Source of the DNA: Asterionella formosa
Lineage: Eukaryota
DNA length: 20,000 bases
Reading direction: 5' to 3'
NCBI GenBank assembly: GCA_002256025.1
Contig: NKIB01012547.1
Location: 56,587-76,586 of the forward strand
Below are positions 1 through 12,113 of this stretch, piece after piece. Under the pieces are notes generated by a model. That model made no database searches and was not told the origin of the DNA. It was given only the letters and a program-made list of their open reading frames with translations. Positions within the stretch are counted from its first letter, which is position 1, and each line of letters starts with the position of its first letter. The translations under genes were made by a program, and so were the position numbers.

Positions 1-679
1 GCGACATCCCGAAAACAAAGAAGAGTATTCCTACTTGCTTTTCACTGTATCCTTTAGACACAATCAGAAAGGCGCTTTGCATATTGATCTGCGAAAAGAA
101 GTACGAGTGTATCAGATGAAGTGCATGGACCAGCATTGCCTTCCTTCCATACACGATTGAGTGCTCGTTGCCGTACCATTGTTAAGCCATCGCGCAGTTC
201 TCCAAGAAACAAAGCCGCCCATCGCAGAGCGCCTTTGGCATCATCTGCCTTCGGTCGAAGTTTTGGTAAAATTGCCATGGTTCTCAATGCAATCAACTTT
301 GAGGTCGACTTCGATAAAGTGAGAAGCGGCAATCGTCCAATTGAAGACTTTAATGACTAGACTACCCAGCGTCTTGGACCCATTATTTGTACCACCTGCT
401 ACCACTGGTTTATTTAGAGATGAATCCAATAACCGCTATGCCCGTACATAGATTTGGTCTCGACAACTGGCCAGCGTGGACTTGACTGCCCGGCTGGGGA
501 TGACGTTGAGTTTTCCGTTGAGATCATTGAATGTCAATGGCGATGTATACTGTAGTTACAAAGCAGGCCAGCAAGGAGGGGCCTCTGAATATCCTGCCAG
601 TTCGTGCAGCTCGTACACGTTCATTCAACCGTTGGAATCTGAAGCACGTGTAGTTAACTGCCATACGTAAGAGTGTTTC

Positions 680-842
680 CTGGTACCAGGTACCTGGTAC
701 CAGTAGGTAACGGGAGTGTTCCACAAACAGATAATGTTACGGGGGGGACATACCGGTACTCTATGATACCAAGGTACCCAGTACCAGTACCTGACAGTAT
801 CAGGTCGGAATTATCACATGTCGCATGCCACATACCGGTAGT
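680..842. repeat. GGTACC/TACCGGTA palindromic low-complexity cluster
   Basis: Perfect 24-bp palindrome CTGGTACCAGGTACCTGGTACCAG at 680-703, plus further TACCGGTA, GGTACC and GTACCAGTACC copies. Confidence 0.8.
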
Positions 843-1739
843 CCCTATATTTTAGTCAATGCTATCTGTGAAAAATAGACGCTGTGTGCCTGCATGTTAC
901 TATTCGTTAACCACACAGCCATGCCCTTTATGAGCATGGCGCAGATTCCTTCTTGAGTTGCTGAGACTTCCCGTTAAGCTATCGTTCAAGATGATATCAC
1001 TGTCAGTTCATCCATGCTCGAAATAAAAACATATCTTAAGTACGGCATTGATATAGCATATAAACATGGTCAAGCTTTCATTGCATTCATCAATTGTCGC
1101 TCCCATTTTCCCAATCCGTATCATATCTACAAAATAGGGGAGATGTGTGTAAATCTCCATCGGGTGAACAGAAATGGGATATGTTCAATTATATAGCACC
1201 CTTGTCTCCTCAGTAACGGTGGCAGTTTATTTTGAAATATACCCGTGGGGATTGATTTTATTGGTTGCTTGGGCATGAAATAACGGTCGTAGTCGTCAGG
1301 GTGTTACCATTCCCCAGCACATGATTGCAGCTCTAGAGCAAGCGAGACTAGACTGGATTTGCAGAGATTGAATATCATGTCTAAACGATAGGTGATGCAG
1401 GTGATAGCGATCTACGACAGCAGCTACCGAAACTAATTGTCCCTGGTACCAGATACGGTATAGTATAGGTTACATGTATAGCAGGAATATCGAGTACAAC
1501 AACTGAAGTTTGGGAAATAGTGCAGTATATAAGAAAACGCTCCAATTTTATCGCGTTTTTATGTATTCAAATATGATCAATGAATGACAATCAAGTCTAA
1601 ATGTTGCCCAAATAACGTTCACGGCGACCTCATTTTTGCTCGATAGTACCCGGTTCACGAGCAATGTATGCAATCAACAAGAAAAAGCATTTTATCTGAA
1701 CTAAATAGAACTAGAATAGCATTTGGACAAACTGTTTCC

Positions 1740-3476
1740 CTAGACAACCAAACTTGATCGCGCTCGCGCCAACTGCTTGAGAGCAGGAATAATGTAAACA
1801 CAAACAAGCCAACTGTAGGGTGCAGTCCATATGAAACCATCTACTCGATCCTATGAGGTGCAGTATAGGAGGATAAGAAATTAGAAACAAATGAATCAAA
1901 CAAGGTTGGAAATATACGCACAACAAATCCAACTTACCAGGATTCCGCCGTGTTCAGGAATGAGATCACCAAAATCCTTCAATCCTGCATCTCTTTTTAA
2001 CATCGAAGCTGTCAAATCACCAGTGAGACCGATGAATCCAAGAAGAATGCCATGTACAGCGCCAGTCAAGGCCCAATATGGCCACTTTTGAACCCACGCG
2101 CCTATTACGCCAAGTAAGGCACTTATGGCAAATCCACCGAGCATTCCCTCAACAGATTTGTTCGGGCTCGTTGCTCCAGCAGCTGGAGCGATTACGCCAA
2201 GCTTCGTCTTGCCATATTTTCTCCCAACAAAATAAGCTCCGACATCATTGAACGCCAAGCACAACCATGACCAAAAGATAAAAATGGCTCCTGTAGTGAT
2301 TGGAAGATGTACTGCTGAGGGAATCCAACTAGGGAGGCTTGATGCTTTCCGACCGAGCATCTCCAAAATTGGCTTAGCAATGGGCGCCAAACGAGTAGGC
2401 TCCCGTCCCGCTCCAACGAGTCTAATTCGTACCCAAAACGAGGGAACGAAGCCAAGGTAAAACATACCAGTAAATGTCGTCGCGATCTCTGGAATCGACG
2501 ACACTTTTCTTCGCATTGTCAGAAACCAAATCATGGACCATAAACCAAACATTGGCAAGCAAATCTGATGAAATTCGGGAGCAAACAAAGCCTAGAATAT
2601 CATGATGAAAAAAGTGAGGACGAAAAAAGTAAATTGAACATAGCTTCCGTGGCCAGAGTATTGCAAACAAGTATAGGAACGCACCGTCAAAAACATGGAA
2701 CTTGCTCCAATCAGCGAAATTCTTCTTGCTGGATAGATTCCAGTATTCATTACCATTCGGTAATATTCCAGCTGTCCAAGGATGGTCATGAGAGTGAAGA
2801 CGCCAGTAAAGATCCAATTTCCAGAGAAGACCCAACAAGCTACAACCAACCCCATGGCGGCACCGAATAGGACCGATCTCGAAGCGCTTTTTACGACAGG
2901 TTTAGATTCGATCTGTTCTACTGAACCATGAGCAACTGATGCTGTGTCTTTTTTTGCCAGGAGCGCCCTTTGTTTCTCCGCCCGCTGTAAAACGTTCAAC
3001 ATGTCGTGACAAGCGCCCAGCAATTTTTGACGGGCACATTGTGTCTCATCATCTTCTGCGAAATCCATGTATTCTTCCCTTTGCATAATATTCTTCACCG
3101 TTCGAATGGCGGTCGTTGCCTTGTCCTTGGCTATCAACTCGCGAGCATCCGCACTGGTTTCTTGCCACAGTCGTTGAGCGTAATCCGTGTAAATTTTGGC
3201 CGCTTGTTTCGGGAGGGATGCAATTTTTTTGGCAAGCCTTCGCTTTCGATGATATTCTTTATCCGATTCGATTTCTTCTTTAGTTGCTGTCATACGTCGT
3301 GATGTTTGCATCATCTTGCATGGTTTTCGCAGAGAGGTTGACACCATCGAGAATGCATCCACAGATGTTGTTGTACCGGCGAGATAAAGTATAGCGATCA
3401 TCACTATGGGAACAAAATAGTGCTTTCCTCGTGTTAGTGGTGATCTCCTCCATCGACGGTGCAACCTTTCGACCAT
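1740..3476 (-). CDS. CDS: Phosphatidate cytidylyltransferase (CDP-diacylglycerol synthase, CTP_transf_1 family), probably plastid-targeted; 3 exons 3476-2685, 2591-1938, 1850-1740; ~518 aa
   Basis: Motifs DVGAYFVGRKYGKTKL, SPNKSVEGMLGG and GDLTASMLKRDAGLKDFGDLIPEHGGIL|DRVDG. The last motif is restored by removing GT-AG intron 1937-1851; intron 2684-2592 joins the two long ORFs in phase 0. Multiple hydrophobic segments. N-terminal hydrophobic stretch ending VDA-FS resembles a diatom bipartite presequence. Confidence 0.93.
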
Positions 3477-4153
3477 TTCAGCAGCAATTGGATCAAAGCA
3501 GGAATGCCAAAATAAGAATATTATTGTTTATTTCTAATGATATTATGCAGCAAACGAACGAAATGATGAACGTGAAATTTCCAAACGCTTTTTGTGGTCG
3601 AGGAAAGCAATAGCTAATAAATATGGATACCGGTACTGCAGCTAAATAAGGATGCAGACGTGCATCATGTTGATGTCTTCAGCATGCTGTACGTGTCGGT
3701 ATGTCAGTACCTCATACTAATTATTTAAGTGAGCTCTTTCATTCGATTTAGTCAGTAGTCCCGCCCACGACTTCAGCTGCCTGCCCTGCTGTGTGGTGTT
3801 CCATAGTGCCATGTTAACACGGTACTTGTATCAGGAGCGGTAACCAAGTGGTATCAATATAGTATCATTGACACCAAAATGATACCTTTTTGACTCCCTC
3901 TTAAAATGGTATCAGTGATACTGTTGAATTATGGTGCGTGCTATTTCCATTCTTACTGATAATATAACCGAAAGTATGCAGGCAGGGCACTAATTTTAAT
4001 GTCCATGTATTCCATTTATATATGGTTTGTACAACAAAACAACACCATCATGCTAATCATTACTGTGGCAGTCTTAGCTATGCAGTCACAACACCAAACA
4101 GAGTCTAGAATTGAACAGATTTAGTGATGTACATAGATTAATGTACCACTGGC

Positions 4154-4705
4154 NNNNNNNNNNNNNNNNNNNNNNNNNNNNNNNNNNNNNNNNNNNNNNN
4201 NNNNNNNNNNNNNNNNNNNNNNNNNNNNNNNNNNNNNNNNNNNNNNNNNNNNNNNNNNNNNNNNNNNNNNNNNNNNNNNNNNNNNNNNNNNNNNNNNNNN
4301 NNNNNNNNNNNNNNNNNNNNNNNNNNNNNNNNNNNNNNNNNNNNNNNNNNNNNNNNNNNNNNNNNNNNNNNNNNNNNNNNNNNNNNNNNNNNNNNNNNNN
4401 NNNNNNNNNNNNNNNNNNNNNNNNNNNNNNNNNNNNNNNNNNNNNNNNNNNNNNNNNNNNNNNNNNNNNNNNNNNNNNNNNNNNNNNNNNNNNNNNNNNN
4501 NNNNNNNNNNNNNNNNNNNNNNNNNNNNNNNNNNNNNNNNNNNNNNNNNNNNNNNNNNNNNNNNNNNNNNNNNNNNNNNNNNNNNNNNNNNNNNNNNNNN
4601 NNNNNNNNNNNNNNNNNNNNNNNNNNNNNNNNNNNNNNNNNNNNNNNNNNNNNNNNNNNNNNNNNNNNNNNNNNNNNNNNNNNNNNNNNNNNNNNNNNNN
4701 NNNNN
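4154..4705. other. Assembly gap (N run)
   Basis: 552 consecutive N. Confidence 1.
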
Positions 4706-5598
4706 TGTAGGTCATATTACGGAGACAATATCCATTTTTCTGCATGAGGATGATTGGCTTACTCGAAAAATTTGTTTCTTTACATAAACTTGAGCATAAG
4801 AACTCTGTTTCTGTAATTAAATAAATTAATCGAAACCATTTGAAAATGATTTTAAACATAAAGTGTACATGCATTTTATCACACAATGCTGTTTTACATC
4901 GGCCAGTAACTTAAATATTTGCGGAAAACCGAATAAAAATTGTCACTACTATCATGCTTATAACATGAATAGCAGAACAACTGGCTGTTGTTCCATAAAC
5001 TTTCTATGGTTGTCACATTGGCATTGACAATACTGCCCAATATTTATTGGTTCCAATCCTCAAAATGAGCATTCCATCATTTTCTTCCTTCCCATCATCA
5101 CCACTTTTGCGCAGTTGATAATCAAAGGCAAGTTGCTGTAGTTCCATTGTTACATCCAATTTTGTATGTATGTTGAGAACAGATGGTTCGAAAAAATGGG
5201 TCCTCATGCACCTCCATTTTGCTTGCAATATAGCCGAAAGGGAAAATCGTAAATGCCCAAAAATGTTTTTTACATGTAGTTGGCAATTTTAAACTTTCTA
5301 CATATTATATAGATATATCTGTTTCTTTACTTAAAGCAAAGTGCACAATACATATGGCAATTGAGCCATGGAAAATCAGAGCAGTCAAAATGGCTCTGGA
5401 GAATTTTAAGAATCTCACAATTGTTTTCGCCCTGAGGGAGTACCAATTTAATAGTTCTGGCAATGTTTTACTCCAAACCAGGTTTAGGCTGGGGCCACAA
5501 CCTTTAGTATACAGCAATACACAACTGGGGAACCTTTATATGCTAGACTCTATTATTTCATTAGTACCCAATTTTTCTTCACAAGGAGCGTGACCAGG

Positions 5599-7192
5599 TT
5601 ACACAAAGTATTCACCATCCACATTTCTAGCGTACCCAGCACCAGGTGTACCAAAGAGAATTCTACTACTCAGGACACCATCCAAAGTGGTGACCGCTCT
5701 TTGTAGTGATTGAAGGTTTGCAGTGCTTCCATCAGCAATGACTGGATCGATATCCAGCACATTGTAGGCAATCTCTCCCCTCGACTGGTTGATTTGCTGA
5801 ACAATATTCAGATGGGCCTTGGCGAAAGTGTCAGTAATCTGAGCAAGCATACCAGGCTTATTCTTGTTCACAACAGTCATACGAATAGTCCTTGTTGGGC
5901 GATCAGGCAGAGAGGTCGAAGGGAAGTTGACGGAGTTTCGAATGGTTCCACTTTCCAGGTAATCTCTAATAGTATCTGCAGCCATGGAAGCCTGTAGGGA
6001 ATTATGGTGTGGACGTGTTAGATAAAGTAATGCTTCTAGAATCGTACGCCAGAATCAACCCAAATGAATCGTTGCACTTACAGCCTGATCTTCGGCTTCC
6101 TCCGTAGATGCTCCCAAATGAGGAAGAATGATAGAATTCTTGTGATCCCAGAGAAGATCATCAGGAAAATCAGAAATATAACGACCATCTCCAGAATCAA
6201 GGAATTCTTTCATGGTAGCAGAATCGACAAGCTCGCCACGGGCAAAGTTGAGAAGCACAGCATCACTTTTGAAATGAGCAATCACATCCTTTCCAATAAT
6301 GCCATGTGTACCCCCTTCACCCTTGATGTACGGTATATTAATGGAGATGTAGTCGGCATTCGCGCATGCAGATGCAATCGAATCGACAAGGTCAATTTGA
6401 CGGGGTAGCTTAAGAGCGGACGCGATCGAGAGTCCAGGGTCGTATCCGACGACTTTCATTCCAAGGCGATTAGCATCTCGGGCAGTGGCGGCTCCAATAT
6501 GTCCTAATCCAATAATAGCAATGGTCTTGCCAGCAAGTTCTCGTCCCCCAAACATGGCCTTGTCCTTCTCCACTCGTTCCTTGGCCAATCCCTGCTTTCC
6601 GAGATCCTTCATGTGGTTGATTCCATCAATCACACGTCGACTTCCGAGGAACAAACCACACAGGATCAGTTCCTTGACAGCATTTGCGTTGGCTCCAGGT
6701 GTGTTGAATACTGGGATACCGAGTTCGGTCATGCGGGAAACGGGGATGTTGTTGGTTCCTGCACCGCAACGAGCAATGGCGCGAACAGTAACTTCGACTT
6801 CCTCTTCTTTGAGTTGGTATGAACGCACTAGGAGAGCATGAGCCGGTTGTGGAGTATCGGCGGCAGCATCCACTTGATAAATATCCGATGGGAATCTGGC
6901 AAGTCCCTGTGTTTCGCCAAGATGAGAGGTTAGATTCAGCGACGAGGGCATTGAATGTCTTTCGACTTGGTGTTACGAAGAAGAAACGTATTCTTACAGT
7001 TGGCGAAATCTTGTTGTATGTCTGCACGTGATACTTGCCCGACTTGGTAAAGTCCTTGATGTCGTCAATGTTCCAACCGGACGTGTAATGATCGACATCG
7101 ATGGGGATTGGGCCCCCGCCGGTCAGAAGCCGGATGGACCCAGCTCCAAAGCGAGAACTGGTGTTGGTCAGGATTCGTCTGGACAACAGCAT
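5599..7192 (-). CDS. PHGDH: D-3-phosphoglycerate dehydrogenase-like D-2-hydroxyacid dehydrogenase with C-terminal ACT domain, copy A; exons 7192-6998, 6906-6082, 5991-5599; ~470 aa
   Basis: AIARCGAGTNNIP, FNTPGANANAVKEL, Rossmann GLGHIG...YDP, NFARGELVD, PHLGASTEEAE, and ACT-like VVNKNKPGML...NIVQQINQSRGEIAYNVLD. Two phase-0 GT-AG introns (6997-6907, 6081-5992) join the ORFs. N-terminus MLLSRRILTNTSSRFGAGSIRLL is Arg/Ser-rich with no acidic residues. Confidence 0.92.
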
Positions 7193-7426
7193 GGTGTATG
7201 TGGTGATATGATGTGATGGGAAGGGAAGGGAAGCTAGGAGGTACCTGGTAGCAGGATTGGTCGTCTAGATTCATGCAAGCAAATCGAATACTCCAGTTAT
7301 TGTCGGAGACATGTCGAACCTGCGCAGCTGCTCGGAGGTTTGGCGGAGCGCGTCGATCGGATGGTGAAGGATGATAGTTCGCGTCGAGTACCGGTAGGAC
7401 CCATCAAAATACCAGTGGAGAGTATC

Positions 7427-8035
7427 NNNNNNNNNNNNNNNNNNNNNNNNNNNNNNNNNNNNNNNNNNNNNNNNNNNNNNNNNNNNNNNNNNNNNNNNNN
7501 NNNNNNNNNNNNNNNNNNNNNNNNNNNNNNNNNNNNNNNNNNNNNNNNNNNNNNNNNNNNNNNNNNNNNNNNNNNNNNNNNNNNNNNNNNNNNNNNNNNN
7601 NNNNNNNNNNNNNNNNNNNNNNNNNNNNNNNNNNNNNNNNNNNNNNNNNNNNNNNNNNNNNNNNNNNNNNNNNNNNNNNNNNNNNNNNNNNNNNNNNNNN
7701 NNNNNNNNNNNNNNNNNNNNNNNNNNNNNNNNNNNNNNNNNNNNNNNNNNNNNNNNNNNNNNNNNNNNNNNNNNNNNNNNNNNNNNNNNNNNNNNNNNNN
7801 NNNNNNNNNNNNNNNNNNNNNNNNNNNNNNNNNNNNNNNNNNNNNNNNNNNNNNNNNNNNNNNNNNNNNNNNNNNNNNNNNNNNNNNNNNNNNNNNNNNN
7901 NNNNNNNNNNNNNNNNNNNNNNNNNNNNNNNNNNNNNNNNNNNNNNNNNNNNNNNNNNNNNNNNNNNNNNNNNNNNNNNNNNNNNNNNNNNNNNNNNNNN
8001 NNNNNNNNNNNNNNNNNNNNNNNNNNNNNNNNNNN
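7427..8035. other. Assembly gap (N run) within the divergent PHGDH intergenic region
   Basis: 609 consecutive N. Confidence 1.
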
Positions 8036-8122
8036 ACTGTTCGCTCGTTTACAGACGTACAGACGTGGAAGTGAAAGCATGTTCAGGTCCGCCCATTGGA
8101 AGGGCTGACGCAACTGCTTCTC

Positions 8123-8243
8123 TACCTGGGACAGTACCTGGCACCAAAAATAGCCTACTAAAATAATGCTGGTATAGAACGTGATATGTGTACGACCTAC
8201 TATAGGTAACACCTGTATCTGCACCTGTACCAGGTAACACCAG
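8123..8243. repeat. Degenerate GGTA/TACC cluster upstream of PHGDH copy B
   Basis: tacctggg, gtacctgg, cacctgtaccaggtaacaccag. Confidence 0.55.
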
Positions 8244-8510
8244 TATTCAGCGCGTAGCGGTATTCTTTTGACCTTTCATAGCCAATGCCTGGCTTCGTTT
8301 GATGGACATGCATACGGTAGATTCTTCGCTCTCTGTCCCGTCCCACGACAAAAGTGGGCCATCAATCTGAAATCTGCCACCGTTCGCTTTTCACTGCCAC
8401 AACATACAAATTCAACCTCAGGCTCACAACTTTGGTCCTCACGTCCTCAAAGCTTTATCTATCATCGCTCACTGTCGTATCCTCATACTTGTTATCTACT
8501 ATCACTGACA

Positions 8511-10244
8511 ATGTTGGCCACAAAGACGTTTGCTTCGAAGTGCAGAGTGACGGCTACTCGCCTCACTGCTCGAGGCTTCGCTGACATCGAAGTGGAGCAT
8601 GGCCGAGGTGTTTGGAAGACTTACGGCGATGTGGAAAACTACAAGTCAGGAAAGCACCAAATCAAGACTCTCAATAAGATATCACCAATTGGCTTGGCTC
8701 GGTTTCCTGCTGACGAATATGATGTCCGTAGTGGCGAAGCAGCAAATGCTCACGCCATATTGTTGCGTTCATATAAACTTCAAGAAGAGGACATTCCAAA
8801 GACTGTTCGTGCTATTGCGAGGTAAGAATGTGATGCATGCCAGTCCGTAATGGATGAACTGAAATTTGTTTTCGAGCAAATCTGACGTGTGAATTTGTCT
8901 CGATAGATGTGGAGCTGGAACCAACAACATCCCAGTCGCTCGCATGACCGAACTCGGCATCCCAGTTTTCAATACGCCCGGAGCCAATGCAAATGCAGTT
9001 AAGGAGCTTGTGCTTTGCGGTATGCTTTTGGGTAGTCGCCGCATAGTTGATGGAGTCAATCACATGTTGGAACTTGGTAAGCAGGGGCTGGCGAAGGAAC
9101 GGGTTGAGAAGGACAAGGCCATGTTCGGAGGGCAGGAACTCGCTGGAAAGACGCTTGCTGTGATTGGACTTGGTAAGAGTTACAATAGGGACTCGAGTCA
9201 AATTGACTTAGCTGTTCATATTTGTACTGACATCTAGATTAACGAATCGCCTTCTATTTCAGGGCATATTGGATCGATGACTGCCCGTGACGCAAACAGA
9301 CTTGGCATGAATCTCAAGGGTAAGTCATTATCCGAGCAACATTTTCAGGTTCAACACTTGATCGTGCTTTACTCAAAGTTGGTTTAATGGAATTATCTTT
9401 GCAGGTTATGATCCTGGTCTTTCAGTCAAATCCGCGCTCAAGCTCCCTAAGGACTTGCAACTGGTGGAATCGATCGCAGCTGCTGTTGCCGGAGCAGACT
9501 ATATTTCCATCAACATTCCTTACATCAAAGGCGAAGGTGGAACCCACGGAATTATTGGGGCTGATGTGATTGCCAATTTCAAGCCAAACGCTGTCCTCCT
9601 CAACTTTGCTCGTGGCGAGCTCGTTGATTCCGAGGCCATGAAGTCATTCCTCGATAGTGGCAATGGGCGCTACGTCTCGGACTTCCCAGATGATCTACTC
9701 TGGGATCACAAAAATGCTATCATTCTTCCTCACTTGGGCGCTTCTACTGAGGAGGCGGAAGATGCTGCCGTAAGTTATTCTGCTATTCTATGCGTTTGAC
9801 AAGTCGTTTGGTTTGCTCATCAATTTCACGTCCTTCTGCTTGTTTGGGCACTTTCAGGCGTCCATGGCGGCCGATACAATTAGAGACTTCCTCGAAACTG
9901 GAACCATCAAGAACAGCGTAAACTTCCCTTCTACCTTCTTACCTGATCGCGCTGAAAACGCTGTGCGTTTCACGGTTGTAAACAAAAATGTTTCAGGTAT
10001 GCTTGCCCTCATCACCGAAGCGTTTGCAAAGGCCAATCTGAATATTTTGCAGCAAATCAATCAATCGCGAGGAGATATTGCCTACAACGTCTTGGATGTG
10101 GATACCACAACTCAAGATGTTGTTAGTTTCAAGGCTGTGCAAGAGCAAATCACCATGTTGGATGGAGTACTTAGTAGCCGTATCATCTATGGGCAACCGG
10201 GTACTGGGTTTGCTAGAAACTTGGATGGAGAGTATTTTGTTTAA
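8511..10244 (+). CDS. PHGDH: D-3-phosphoglycerate dehydrogenase-like enzyme with ACT domain, copy B; exons 8511-8821, 8907-9172, 9263-9319, 9405-9769, 9858-10244; ~461 aa
   Basis: Same motifs as copy A. Four GT-AG introns of 85-90 nt (8822-8906, 9173-9262, 9320-9404, 9770-9857) give one continuous frame restoring AIAR|CG, GLG|HIG, KG|YDP and EDAA|ASMAA. N-terminus MLATKTFASKCRVTATRLTARGF|A resembles a mitochondrial presequence. Confidence 0.93.
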
Positions 10245-10691
10245 CAAAATCAAAGTCAGGAATACTTACTAGACTAAAAGGCACTTCATCTTATGTTTGA
10301 GACGGAGTCTCATTTGATAGCTAGCAACTACCAAACAGGTTTTTCAAAATTCAAAATTCTAGCTCTACATTGAAACTCCTTAGCCTTGACCTGCCTACTG
10401 GTACTGGGGGGTGCCTTGCAGGAACTGTACAGAATATTTTGAAAACATACATCGACCGTCGCACTATCCAGTTGAAGGTGGGCGTATACTTGGAATTCTT
10501 GTAATCCGTGTTCATAGAATCATCGAACCGAACTAAATATGCTTTTAACTGAGACAAATAGAACAGCTGTCAACTAGTTCGATCAGGAAGTGCTAAATTT
10601 ACGCTTACCCGAGTGTCTAACTTTATGTGCAGGGGTAAGGTCCCTATCCATAGATTGAAATATACAAGCGGAGCCAGTATGGGCATTATGC

Positions 10692-11336
10692 TTAGATCTT
10701 TCCATCGTACGACTTCTGAACGTCAACCTGTCCAGAGAAGTCGTACTTAGTTTTGGCCATATCATGTCCAAGCGTGGGAGATTTCTTCCAAGCATCGGAG
10801 ATGTCAGTTCCTCGCTTGATGTAGAACTCAGTGTAGTCCTTGAACTTGCCGGCCTTGGCAACGTTCTTCTTGTACCCAGATGCCTTCTTGGTATCATCGG
10901 CGTCACGGATCTTTTGGTATTCAGCGGCAGTCAAGCCAGCAGGGACATAAGAGTTGGAGCCAATCTTGGCAACCTTGAGCTGTGATCGACGACAAAGAGA
11001 ATATGTGTTAGCAAATGATCAGCAGATAAAAACAAGAAAGGGGAATGGGCGTATTTTATCGCCGATTATGTTATCAAAGAAATATCTAGGCTCTATGAGT
11101 GTGGAAGTAGTAGCTCAACTCACATTCTTCTTATCACGAGCACCGTAGTCGTTTTGGTCCTTGACGGGGGCGAAGAGGTCCATTTCGAAAATGGATCTAA
11201 AGAGGGGCTTTTTCTCAGGAGAACTAGCTGGTTTCTTTGCCGCCATCAACTCAGTGCTGGTACGTGCACTGGGGATGGAAGGGGCAAAGGCAGAGACAGT
11301 AGCCAAGCCGGCAACGAAAACAGCGGTGACCTTCAT
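10692..11336 (-). CDS. Small plastid-targeted basic protein of unknown function; exons 11336-11124, 10979-10692; 166 aa
   Basis: MKVTAVFVAGLATVSA-FAPS is a signal peptide plus ASAFAP motif, followed by an S/T/R transit peptide. Phase-0 intron 11123-10980 (GTGAGT...TGCTAAC...CAG) joins ...GARDKKN|LKVAKIGSNSYVPAGLTAAEYQKIR... Confidence 0.85.
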
Positions 11337-12113
11337 TTTGCAAGAGTGAGAATATGGTATTTTCTTGAGTGTGAGAGGAGAATATGAGCGATCATGTGCT
11401 CGAGATTTCAACTTGTATTTTCTTTCGTCGGTAAGACGGAACTTCAGACGACAAGAATACCGTCCCAACTTTAGAGACCTACGAAGAAAGATACTACATG
11501 ATGTCAACGAGTGAGAGAAATATTCGACTGGATTCTTAACAAATATTGTATATCCGGGTGTTCTTGAGCATATCTTTCGTTTGTTAGGCTGGCTGTGTTT
11601 GGTTCAAAAGGGGTATTGCATCCGTCCACATCACAATGAAGTACGAACTCGTAAGTCGGCACAGCCAAAAGAGGAATGACATATGAAAGCACTCGAATAT
11701 AATTGCCAAGACTGAAGACAATAAAATGTTCGTCTGACGAACGAGCAAAATAACCGAAGGGCCATTTCATGATCTATGTATACGCTGCCCAACTGCAACC
11801 AACTTAGGAGTTCCATCCCTTTATCAGACTCCATTCAAGAGAGCAAGAATGCTAGACGAACCAAGCTTTGTATTCCTGCATTCTTCAGTCTGGAGTACTC
11901 CGTTTCGCTCCTTTTAACTTGCCTCGCTGTCCCTGTCGCTATAAATCTTGCATCTGCCTTGCCATAACAAAAAACTTAATTTTAATATTTACTGTAACAA
12001 ATTCTACTTTGAAATGCCAATCTCACTTGACCTGCAGCATGAAACCGAGGCATTTGTCACGGAACTTACAGTTTAAGCACAGGCAAGGAAAAGATGTGTT
12101 TCCAGGCCTCCTT

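Noticed and set aside
1..670. Possible gene or pseudogene fragment at the window start
   Set aside because: All six frames are interrupted; I found no recognisable motif or consistent splice pattern.
860..1440. Short ORFs such as 1014-1196
   Set aside because: No motifs and no supportable gene model.
4706..5593. ORFs 5013-5228, 5305-5517 and 5354-5593
   Set aside because: AT-rich, short, no recognisable homology; likely 3' UTR, intergenic DNA or unidentifiable repeat debris.
4086..8224. Long ORFs 4086-4886, 4111-4710, 7271-8224 and 7340-8074
   Set aside because: Artefacts of translating through N runs.
5599..10244. Two haplotypes of one PHGDH gene misassembled around the gap
   Set aside because: Different intron positions, unrelated presequences and heavy synonymous divergence rule out alleles.
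1740..10244. Phosphatidylserine pathway cluster (CDP-DAG synthase plus serine synthesis)
   Set aside because: Predicted compartments differ (plastid versus mitochondrion), there is no PS synthase in the window, and a gap separates the genes; adjacency is probably chance.
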